Source: Clostridiaceae bacterium (GTDB lineage: Bacteria > Bacillota > Clostridia > Saccharofermentanales > DTU023). From it: a stretch of 53,687 nt of DNA. Each line of letters opens with the position of its first letter. Positions within the stretch are counted from its first letter, which is position 1. The stretch lies in contig JAAYRJ010000047.1 in NCBI GenBank assembly GCA_012518845.1, positions 1 through 53,687 of the forward strand. Reading direction: 5' to 3'. Below, one piece after another: positions 46,022-53,687 of the stretch. The notes under the pieces were generated by a model. That model saw only the letters and a list, made by a program, of their open reading frames with translations. It had not been told where the DNA came from and ran no database searches. Both the position numbers and the translations under genes were made by a program.

Positions 46022-46055
46022 AAAACCCTTGAAATGAAAGCGTTTCAAGGGTTTT
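46022..46055 (+). terminator. Rho-independent terminator after tRNA-Thr
   Basis: AAAACCCTTGAAA (46022-46034) pairs with TTTCAAGGGTTTT (46043-46055), with loop TGAAAGCG. Confidence 0.85.
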
Positions 46056-46156
46056 GTTATTGGCTTAAGCCAATAATAAAAAACGACCTGTCATATTTAG
46101 CATATCGTTATAGTTTCTGTAGTGGAAGTCACTTCCACTTTGTTATTATTCGGGGT

Positions 46157-46603
46157 CTAGATGTTATCAGGTGGCAATTTGTTCATGTTCATAACTGAAT
46201 TATTAAGCCACACATCGTCTTCGCGATTGATATTAAATTCATCACCTGTTTATTTTATTAACCCCAATTGAAAAAGTAAATTCCTGTTATTAGTTTTTGC
46301 AAGTGGGGATTTAATAATTTTATTAATTCTGAAATGTATTTGTTCTTGGTGAAATATCAATAGAGCTATTTCATCTTCACTGAGAAATATTTTCCGAGAC
46401 AATATTGAAATTATAGCCCACCTAAAGACAGGTGATCTTCGACAAATTCTTTTAGACTTTTTAATCCGGTTTATACTAATACTTCTTTCAAATTTCCATG
46501 ATGGTAGGTTTTCTTTTTCATATTTTATTTTTCTATAATCATTAGAGATAAGACTGTATGTGAAACAGGTAATGTCATTTGTTTGGACTCCTAAAGATAT
46601 CAA
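46157..46603 (-). pseudogene. Decayed ORF of unknown family, interrupted by an in-frame TAA
   Basis: The minus-strand frame is open for 117 codons (46603-46253) and hits TAA at 46252-46250. The same frame then stays open for 30 more codons (TGDEFNINREDDVWLNNSVMNMNKLPPDNI) to TAG at 46159-46157. There is no good RBS or ATG (TTG start). In AT-rich DNA such a long near-open frame suggests a relic gene. Confidence 0.3.
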
Positions 46604-46775
46604 ATATAATGTTGTGAATGAGAAAGGGAATTAAAAGATGGAGGTATAAATCAAGGGATATTGTTATAACTTCCAAAGTCTGTATACTAGTCACAATATC
46701 AATCTAAGGAAACATTCAAAAAATAAAACATGGTAATGTTATAATCCTTCTTATTAAACAAACATTTAAGAAAAG

Positions 46776-48179
46776 GTGAGATTTTTGGATATAGAATTTT
46801 TTTCTGAACTTTTTTCTGAACTTTCGCAGCATGGATTATTGTTAGTCTATTTGATTGTGATTAATTTAGTTGCTTTTGGGCTGTTTTTGCTTGATAAAAT
46901 CAAAGCAAAGAGAAAAAGCTGGCGCATTAGTGAGAAAACCTTACTAATTGTCTCCTTGTTAGGTGGTTCAATTGGGGCTTTTTTGGGTATGAAAATTTTT
47001 AGACATAAAACTCGGGACAAACTCTTCACAGTTGGAATTCCTTTAATGATAATAGTCCACGCCATACTTCTTTCTGCTTACACTCACAATCAAGTAACAA
47101 GAGAAACCACAAATAACCCTGATCAGCTAGATAATAGGTTAGTAAACACACTTGATAATAAAGATGAAAATATTGTTTTAGCCAAAAATCAGCAGGCTGA
47201 GGAGGAATTTAGGATGAAAGTTTTGAATCAAAATGAGCAGACAATTTATTTAGCTGGTGGTTGTTTTTGGGGTGTTGAGGGTTATTTTGCTAAACTAAAT
47301 GGCGTTTTAGATACAGAAGTTGGCTATGCTAATGGCAAAAGCGACGATACCAATTATGAGAAAGTTAGTCGCACTGATCATACAGAAACTCTAAAATTAA
47401 TCTATGATGAAAACACTATTTCACTTGAAGAAATTTTACTCCATTATTTTAGAATCATTGACCCAATTAGTGTTGATCAGCAAGGTAATGATATTGGTCG
47501 TCAATATCGAACAGGAATTTATTCACTTCAAGAACAAACGATTAGAAGGGTTCAAAACAGCTTGGATCAATTACAACAAAAGTTTGAGGAACCACTGGCA
47601 GTCGAAAATGAGCTATTAAGAAATTATGTTAAAGCCGAAGAATACCATCAAGATTATTTGAAGAAAAATCCTAGTGGTTATTGCCATATTAATCTCTCAC
47701 ATGCAGATATTCCCTTAAGTGAGGATGAGCGTTTGGCTATTCCTTCGAATGAGGAATTACGTCAAAGATTAAGCGCAGAGGAGTATGAGGTAACTCAAAA
47801 CTCAGGTACAGAGCGTCCCTTTAGTCATAAATATGATCAACAAGATGAGCCAGGAATCTATGTAGATATAGTTTCTGGACAAGCACTTTTTTCCTCACGT
47901 GATAAATATGATGCAGGCTGTGGTTGGCCAAGTTTTACCAAACCCATCGAACAAGCTGCAGTGCTCTACGAAATGGATTACTCGCATAATATGACCAGAG
48001 TTGAGGTAACAAGCCAATTTGCAGATTCTCATCTTGGCCATGTTTTTGAAGATGGACCACAAGCAGATGGTGGTTTGAGGTATTGTATCAACGGCTCTGC
48101 CCTTGAATTTATTCCTTTAGCAGAAATGAAAGATCGTGGTTACGCTGACTTTATTCCTTTTGTTAAAGATTATGATTAA
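46776..48179 (+). CDS. msrAB: Fusion protein: DUF1294 membrane domain + peptide methionine-S-sulfoxide reductase MsrA + methionine-R-sulfoxide reductase MsrB
   Basis: 467 aa. N-terminus [47 protein letters not shown] (DUF1294 signature, 3 TM). Msr[14 protein letters not shown]...YRTGIY...YHQDYL. Msr[30 protein letters not shown]. The start could be TTG 46785, 5 nt after GGTGA, rather than GTG 46776. Confidence 0.9.
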   Translation: MRFLDIEFFSELFSELSQHGLLLVYLIVINLVAFGLFLLDKIKAKRKSWRISEKTLLIVSLLGGSIGAFLGMKIFRHKTRDKLFTVGIPLMIIVHAILLSAYTHNQVTRETTNNPDQLDNRLVNTLDNKDENIVLAKNQQAEEEFRMKVLNQNEQTIYLAGGCFWGVEGYFAKLNGVLDTEVGYANGKSDDTNYEKVSRTDHTETLKLIYDENTISLEEILLHYFRIIDPISVDQQGNDIGRQYRTGIYSLQEQTIRRVQNSLDQLQQKFEEPLAVENELLRNYVKAEEYHQDYLKKNPSGYCHINLSHADIPLSEDERLAIPSNEELRQRLSAEEYEVTQNSGTERPFSHKYDQQDEPGIYVDIVSGQALFSSRDKYDAGCGWPSFTKPIEQAAVLYEMDYSHNMTRVEVTSQFADSHLGHVFEDGPQADGGLRYCINGSALEFIPLAEMKDRGYADFIPFVKDYD

Positions 48180-48344
48180 TCAGACATCCCAATAGATAGA
48201 TTAATAAGGCAGAAGTTTGAGCTAATAATTTGGAGTAACGCCAATCTCCTAGATAACTTCATTATAAATGATGTATACTAAACACCCATTACAATAATTT
48301 TATATTAATTTTTGATAAAAGTTGGGAGGAAAATTATTTTATTT

Positions 48345-49487
48345 ATGCGTCAAAAAGATAATCAAGTAAAGATTAAGAAATTACCTGATTTAGAAAATAA
48401 AATTACAGTGATTTATGGTTCAGATATTTTTGACATGACTTTGAAGATCTTAAATAACATCAATCTTAAGTCACATTTAGAGCCAAATTCATTCATTGGG
48501 CTTAAGCCCAATTTGGTGCTTAATAATCCTCCTTCTAATGGTGCAACAACTCATCTTGAAATAGCAGAAGCATTAGTTTGTTATCTGCAAGAGGCTGGTT
48601 TTGACAATATTATTATTTTAGAAGGTTCTTGGGTTGGTGATTCCACTAAGGCAGCTTATCGTGATCTTGGTTGGCAGGAAATGGCAGAACAACGCGGGGT
48701 TGAACTGCTGGATACCAAAACTGATGATTATGTAATATTAGAACATTCTGGACACAAGATGGCTGTTTCACGTACGGCAACACAACTAGATTATCTAATT
48801 AATATCCCAGTAATGAAAGGGCATTGTCAGACCAAAATGACAGGTGCGCTTAAAAATATGAAAGGTTTAATTTCTGATAGTGAAAAACGTGCTTTTCATC
48901 GTAAAGGGCTGCACATGCCAATTGCAGCTTTGAACGTAGCTTTACCTCAAAGTTTGATTATTACAGATGGGATTTGTGGTGATTTAGATTTTGAAGAAGG
49001 TGGTAATCCCGTACCCATGAATCGTTTGTTTTGTACAGCCGATCCTGTACTTAACGATAGCTATATGGCAAGTTGTATGGGCTATAAACCTGAGGAGATA
49101 GAACATTTGCGACTTGCTGCTGAACTTAATGTTGGCTCCACTAATTTAGCCGAAGCCACAATAACAGAACTAAATGAAGCAAGAGTTCCAATTCCGGCAG
49201 TAGTACCTGGTGCTAAAGTTAGCTATTTAGAACAGGCAGTTGATGAACAAGAAGCTTGTTCTGCTTGTTATGCTAATTTGATTCAAGCTCTAGCAAGATA
49301 TGATGAAAGATACAATCTAAGTGATTTTTTCCAGGATAAAATCAAAGTAGGTCAAGCTTTTAAAGGGGAAAAGGGATCTGGCTTTGGTTCAGGTATTTGT
49401 ACTGCTGGTTTTAGTACATTTGTCACTGGTTGCCCGCCCTCAACACCCGAGATCTTAGATGCACTGATTGATTATAAATCAAAATAA
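48345..49487 (+). CDS. DUF362-domain protein (putative Fe-S binding), function unknown
   Basis: About 380 aa. IGLKPNLV...ATTH.E...L...G...I.I.EG and KGHCQTKMTGALKNMKG resemble the DUF362 family. C-terminal Cys motif CSACYANL...GICTAG...GCPP. The start is uncertain (track TTG 48312, first ATG 48345). Confidence 0.6.
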   Translation: MRQKDNQVKIKKLPDLENKITVIYGSDIFDMTLKILNNINLKSHLEPNSFIGLKPNLVLNNPPSNGATTHLEIAEALVCYLQEAGFDNIIILEGSWVGDSTKAAYRDLGWQEMAEQRGVELLDTKTDDYVILEHSGHKMAVSRTATQLDYLINIPVMKGHCQTKMTGALKNMKGLISDSEKRAFHRKGLHMPIAALNVALPQSLIITDGICGDLDFEEGGNPVPMNRLFCTADPVLNDSYMASCMGYKPEEIEHLRLAAELNVGSTNLAEATITELNEARVPIPAVVPGAKVSYLEQAVDEQEACSACYANLIQALARYDERYNLSDFFQDKIKVGQAFKGEKGSGFGSGICTAGFSTFVTGCPPSTPEILDALIDYKSK

Positions 49488-49528
49488 GCAAAAACATTAA
49501 ATCAAGATAAATTGTAGAAAAAAATAGT

Positions 49529-49571
49529 AATGCCAGTGTCACTAACTATAAGCTAAGCACTGGCATTTTTT
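49529..49571. terminator. Bidirectional terminator between convergent genes
   Basis: AATGCCAGTG (49529-49538) pairs with CACTGGCATT (49558-49567). T-run follows on the plus strand (TTTTTTATT) and also on the minus strand. Confidence 0.7.
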
Positions 49572-49572
49572 A

Positions 49573-50565
49573 TTATTTTAGTATTTCTTCAATTTTTTCT
49601 AATTCAGACTCTGTCAAAGGTTCAGCCTCAACAATTTGAATATTTTCTAAGACTTGTTCTGGCCTACTTGCACCAATTAAGGCAGAAGTAACTACTTCAT
49701 CTCTTAATACCCAAGCAAGTGCTAATTGAGCAAGTGTTTGATTTCTAGCTGTAGCAATTTCTTGCAAAGCAGTTATTTTTTCTAAGTCATCATCTGAAAT
49801 GTCATCAGATGTTAGATAACGCGGGTCGGATCCAATGCGTGAGTCTTCAGGAATACCTTTTAGATATTTACCAGATAATACTCCGCCTTCCATAGGCGAA
49901 TAGCAAATACAGCCAACACCTTTTTCAGAAAGTACATCGGTAAGACCATTTTCTATCCTACGATCTAGCATGGAATAACGAGGTTGATGGATTAGGCAAG
50001 GTGTACCAAGGTCCTCTAAAATTTCAATGGCTTTTTTTGCTTCTTCTGGTTCGTAGTAATTGGAAATACCTGCATATAATGCTTTGCCGGAGCGAACTAT
50101 TTGATCTAGGGCTCCCATGGTTTCTTCCAAGGGTGTTTTAGGATCAGGGCGATGATGATAGAAAATATCTACATAATCAAGATTCATACGTTTGAGACTT
50201 TGATCAATACTAGCGATTAAATATTTGCGGCTACCAAAATCACCATAAGGACCTGGCCACATATCATAACCAGCTTTAGAAGAAATAATTAGCTCATCTC
50301 GATAAGGCTTCCAATCCCTAAGATAATGCACACCAAAATTTCGTTCAGCTTCACCATATGGAGGTCCATAATTATTAGCTAAATCAAAATGGGTAATGCC
50401 ATGATCAAACGCAGTGCGCAAAATTTCTTGTTGTGTTTTAAAAGGCGTAATATCTCCAAAGTTGTGCCATAAACCTAAAGAGATGATAGGTAGCTCAATT
50501 CCACTCCTACCAGAACGACGGTATTTCATTTTTTCATAGCGATCTTCCTTAGCAATGTATCTCAT
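49573..50565 (-). CDS. Aldo/keto reductase, YghZ/Gpr (L-glyceraldehyde-3-phosphate reductase, Kv-beta-like) subfamily
   Basis: 330 aa. Shows YRRSGRSGIELP.ISLGLWHNFG, THFDLANNYGPPYG (catalytic Tyr), SKAGY (Lys), YHHRPD (His) and a C-terminal ALIGASRPEQ. Confidence 0.85.
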   Translation of the reverse strand: MRYIAKEDRYEKMKYRRSGRSGIELPIISLGLWHNFGDITPFKTQQEILRTAFDHGITHFDLANNYGPPYGEAERNFGVHYLRDWKPYRDELIISSKAGYDMWPGPYGDFGSRKYLIASIDQSLKRMNLDYVDIFYHHRPDPKTPLEETMGALDQIVRSGKALYAGISNYYEPEEAKKAIEILEDLGTPCLIHQPRYSMLDRRIENGLTDVLSEKGVGCICYSPMEGGVLSGKYLKGIPEDSRIGSDPRYLTSDDISDDDLEKITALQEIATARNQTLAQLALAWVLRDEVVTSALIGASRPEQVLENIQIVEAEPLTESELEKIEEILK

Positions 50566-50642
50566 AATATCCTCCTAAAAATTCAAATTTGAAATTAAAA
50601 ATATTAATTTTTTCTAGAGAAAATTCTCAAATGTTTTTTTAG

Positions 50643-52097
50643 TTATTCTATTTCGGCTAATTTTTGTTTTCCGTGTTTGATAAATTCTTTTATAACTTTG
50701 ATTCTGGCGTGTTGCTTATCGTTACCTTCGATAATAATCCAAGGCGCATAATCTTTATTCGTTCGCACTAACATTTCATTCATCGCCTCAACATAATCGT
50801 CCCAACGATTTCGATTACGCCAATCTTCATTTGTAATTTTATATTGTTTATCTACGTCTTTTTCACGAGCTGCAAAACGCTCTAACTGAGTTTCTTTGTC
50901 GATCATCACAAAAAATTTCAAGACCAAACTATTGCAGTCAACCAGATGCTTTTCCATTTCTGTCATTTCGTCATAGGCACGTTCCCATTCATTTTCCGTA
51001 GCAAAACCTTCAATTCTTTCCACCATAACCCTGCCATACCATGAACGAGAAAAGATATCTAGATGGGGTCTCTGAGTAAAACGATTATAGAAACGCCACA
51101 GATAATTATGAGCAAGTTCTGTTTGATCAGGAGCTGAAATTGCATGTACTGTATATACTCTTGGATCCATCTTTTTAATTAAACGTTCAATAGCCCCATC
51201 TTTACCAGCTGCATCCATTCCTTCAAAGACTAGTGTAGTGTATATACCTTTATTTCTAAGTTTTAAAATAGTTTTATAAGCTTCTTCTTGCAGATCTTCT
51301 TTTAAAGCGTCGTATTTTTTGCGAGACAAAGTAGGTGAAAGATCTAAATTTTCGAGTGTATATTCCGTCTCCTGATAATCACGAAATAATCTAATACCAT
51401 CTTCACGTCTTATGGCAACACGTTCGATTGCCTTTTGAAAACCTTCAATTGTTCGACCTAATACCTCTCTTGCAGCATTTTTGACTTTAGAAGAATCAAT
51501 AATGTGCCAATTTAAATATGGGTATGATGTGCGTTCGAGGATATTATTCATATGCTTACGGTAATCATCATAGTTTTCGTTTTGATCCTGATCGAATGTA
51601 TCCACATAAAATGATTGATAATCTGTATCTGTAAAGGCGTGGATTCTTTCAGTTTGAGTTGCTTGATCAACATCAATAAAAAACTTTAAGATTAATAAAT
51701 GATCATTATATAAAGTTTGCTCAAATGATTTGATTGCAAATAGGCGCTCTTCAAGTAGCTTTTCATCAATTGTTAGATCATTAAACAGATCAAAATAATA
51801 AGAACGATTAAAAATTGTTAAGTCACCATAGGTTGGAATATTTTGCCAAAAACGGCCCATATAAGGATAAAAAGAACGATCACGATCAAAAACTTTAACT
51901 TTAAAATGTTTAGGATTTAATCCCTCCGTTAATTCTTTGATGATTGTTCCTCTACCAGAAGACTCCCAGCCGTCAATAATTATTATTGCACCAATTCCTT
52001 TTGCTTGCGCAATTCGCTGAAGTCTAGCTAATCTCTCTCCTAAATCGCTCAACTTAAAATCACGATACTGATATTTATTTTTGTAACTATTTAACAT
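50643..52097 (-). CDS. Two-domain polyphosphate kinase 2 family protein (PPK2 class II-like, polyphosphate:AMP/ADP phosphotransferase candidate)
   Basis: 484 aa. The C-terminal PPK2 domain has an intact Walker A (LVFEGMDAAGKDGAI), RSWYGRV and lid residues. The N-terminal PPK2-like domain has a degenerate P-loop (IIIDGWESSGRGTII, no Lys). Confidence 0.85.
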   Translation of the reverse strand: MLNSYKNKYQYRDFKLSDLGERLARLQRIAQAKGIGAIIIIDGWESSGRGTIIKELTEGLNPKHFKVKVFDRDRSFYPYMGRFWQNIPTYGDLTIFNRSYYFDLFNDLTIDEKLLEERLFAIKSFEQTLYNDHLLILKFFIDVDQATQTERIHAFTDTDYQSFYVDTFDQDQNENYDDYRKHMNNILERTSYPYLNWHIIDSSKVKNAAREVLGRTIEGFQKAIERVAIRREDGIRLFRDYQETEYTLENLDLSPTLSRKKYDALKEDLQEEAYKTILKLRNKGIYTTLVFEGMDAAGKDGAIERLIKKMDPRVYTVHAISAPDQTELAHNYLWRFYNRFTQRPHLDIFSRSWYGRVMVERIEGFATENEWERAYDEMTEMEKHLVDCNSLVLKFFVMIDKETQLERFAAREKDVDKQYKITNEDWRNRNRWDDYVEAMNEMLVRTNKDYAPWIIIEGNDKQHARIKVIKEFIKHGKQKLAEIE

Positions 52098-52408
52098 TTT
52101 TTCCCCTTAATCTTGATCGTAAATCTGCTAGCAAAAAGGCAATCCACCAACAGGTTTTTTAATATTTACATACAAAACCATCATACAATATAAGGCTAGG
52201 TAATTAAATATTATTCCAAAATTCAATTTACCTTACCCTTACATCCAGCTAAGGAAGAATTAACAATAAATCTCAAATTCTAAGGTAGAGTAATACTGAA
52301 TGTACTATTTATAATCACTGTTTTTGGATTGCTTAAATAACAAAAGAATTTTGCTATTCATTATTTACAAAAAAATATTTTAAAAAAGAAAGGCATAAAG
52401 TAAATTTT

Positions 52409-53209
52409 ATGAATAATGAACAATTGAAGAAGCCTTTAGTTTATCGTGTTTGGTTCAAGCTAGTTCTCATTGCATTAGTAATGTTACCAGCTATGAGTGA
52501 GATTCATTATGATCCTCAAGACACTTCGCTTGTAATCTTTCAAGTTTTGAGTTCACCCTATATTACTCAGTTTGAGTGGCTGATGCCAATTACAAAACTT
52601 ATTTTGGGTCTAGTAATTTTTTCTCAATTTTTCCTTAAAGAAGCAGGCAGTAAAGTGCTACTAGCATATTACGGCATAATTTTACTCATTATAGGCATTG
52701 GTCAAAATCTTGCAATGACCCAAGAATATGGCTGGGTTTTGATAACTGGCAATCTCCTGATTGAATATGCAGTTATAGCATTTGTCTTTTTTGATTTATT
52801 CAAAGGTCTAACAAAATACATGAAACATGATCTTGATCCCAAACGCCTTTGGGTTTTAATACCAATGCTCTTAGCCTTTGTTGAGCCTTATGTTATTAAA
52901 AATGAGCAAATTGTATTTGGCTTAAATAATATCTTAACAAATGATACTGGCGTCACATATTGTATGATCACCCCACTTGTGATTGGTATTCTTTTAATCT
53001 TTATTAAAGGTGTACACCTACCAACATTACATATTATTTCTTTTGTTGGTCTTTATTTTGGTATAGTCAACATGCTAACTTGGTTTGTTTTTAATCCTAT
53101 AAACTGGTGGATGGGTGTATTACATTTACCGCTACTTATTTTATCAATTTATGGTTTGATCGGATCTTCTTGGGAGAAACATAAAACTAGATTAGAAACT
53201 AATAGTTAA
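52409..53209 (+). CDS. Hypothetical polytopic membrane protein
   Basis: 266 aa with about 7-8 hydrophobic segments. No recognisable catalytic motif. Confidence 0.45.
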   Translation: MNNEQLKKPLVYRVWFKLVLIALVMLPAMSEIHYDPQDTSLVIFQVLSSPYITQFEWLMPITKLILGLVIFSQFFLKEAGSKVLLAYYGIILLIIGIGQNLAMTQEYGWVLITGNLLIEYAVIAFVFFDLFKGLTKYMKHDLDPKRLWVLIPMLLAFVEPYVIKNEQIVFGLNNILTNDTGVTYCMITPLVIGILLIFIKGVHLPTLHIISFVGLYFGIVNMLTWFVFNPINWWMGVLHLPLLILSIYGLIGSSWEKHKTRLETNS

Positions 53210-53499
53210 GAAATATCTAGGAATGGTAAAATTCATAGATCTTAGCTGTTTATATTCAATTGGAAAATTATATGTATATTTTCCTACTGTGAATAAATAA
53301 GTTAAATTAAATTTGGTTAGGAGATACTAAGTAAAGTCATGCTTACAACAGGTTGTAATCATTGAAATGAGGGTCGAAAAAACGGTCTTTCAACACTTTT
53401 TGTCTCGAAAAACAAAAAATATTAAAGAAAAGCAAGATTTAATCAAGATGTAATTAAACTTACAAATAAATGCTTGCTAATTTATTTGAATAAATATAC

Positions 53500-53577
53500 A
53501 CTTGCAAGTATAACATTTATTCAACGAGCGTATAAACAGTTTTAATTAAAAACAAACAAAAAGTAACTTGCAAGTTA
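53500..53577. repeat. Two copies of the palindrome ACTTGCAAGT in a non-coding region (candidate operator pair)
   Basis: ACTTGCAAGT occurs at 53500-53509 and again at 53566-53575. The second copy sits inside a perfect 14-bp palindrome TAACTTGCAAGTTA (53564-53577). Centres are 66 bp apart. Confidence 0.6.
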
Positions 53578-53610
53578 AACTGAAACGCAATTCCATACAA
53601 TGTTAGTTTC

Positions 53611-53639
53611 TTTTTCATCAGGCTGCAGCCTGATGAAAA
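53611..53639. repeat. Long perfect inverted repeat (hairpin/terminator candidate) near the window end
   Basis: TTTTCATCAGGCTGCAGCCTGATGAAAA is palindromic around a central PstI-like CTGCAG. The A/T arms can pair with each other, so a classical U-tail is ambiguous. Confidence 0.5.
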
Positions 53640-53687
53640 TTTTCTGCGCTTTGCCCATCCAAGATTTTTCTTGGATACTTGTTTATA

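Overview
AT-rich chromosomal window from a low-GC Gram-positive bacterium (Bacillota; genus not assignable from sequence alone). It uses the standard bacterial code: TGA, TAA and TAG all act as stops, and ATG, GTG and TTG as starts. Most genes are on the + strand and tightly packed.

The first ~31 kb is mostly housekeeping:
- FemAB-family peptidoglycan bridge transferase
- T-box leader in front of an AlaA-type aminotransferase
- glycine cleavage operon gcvT-gcvH-gcvPA-gcvPB
- GAPDH
- OpuC-like osmoprotectant ABC transporter
- long-form HPF
- PcrA helicase followed by two HD-domain nucleotide hydrolases
- FolC, RF3 (minus strand), a PBP5-type DD-carboxypeptidase, rplM-rpsI, tsaE-tsaB

Two accessory modules stand out.
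1. 17.7-21.6 kb: a secreted SH3b-glucosaminidase with a C-terminal dockerin sits directly upstream of a membrane-anchored cohesin-like protein with a long Thr/Glu-rich stalk, followed by a GtrA-family protein.
2. 31.9-45.8 kb: a sortase-dependent pilus island. It has a class C sortase translationally coupled to a sortase paralog that has lost the catalytic His and Cys and carries a low-complexity insert. Then come an Rrf2 regulator, a SAM methyltransferase, a small coiled-coil ORF, a type I signal peptidase, a 1765-aa LPETG tip adhesin with lectin-like repeats, an LPSTG backbone pilin, a second class C sortase, an LPYTG minor pilin with an atypical acidic tail, and a third small sortase. The island ends at a tRNA-Thr(GGU) gene followed by hairpins and a decayed ORF.

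The last ~7 kb encodes a DUF1294-MsrA-MsrB fusion, a DUF362 protein, an aldo/keto reductase, a two-domain PPK2 and a membrane protein. It ends in a palindrome-rich non-coding stretch.

Other oddities are a threonine-synthase homolog lacking the PLP lysine and an ArsD-fold protein lacking the metalloid-binding cysteines. I saw no CRISPR array, transposase, integrase or recognisable defense system. All functional calls come from reading motifs by eye in the ORF translations, not from database searches.
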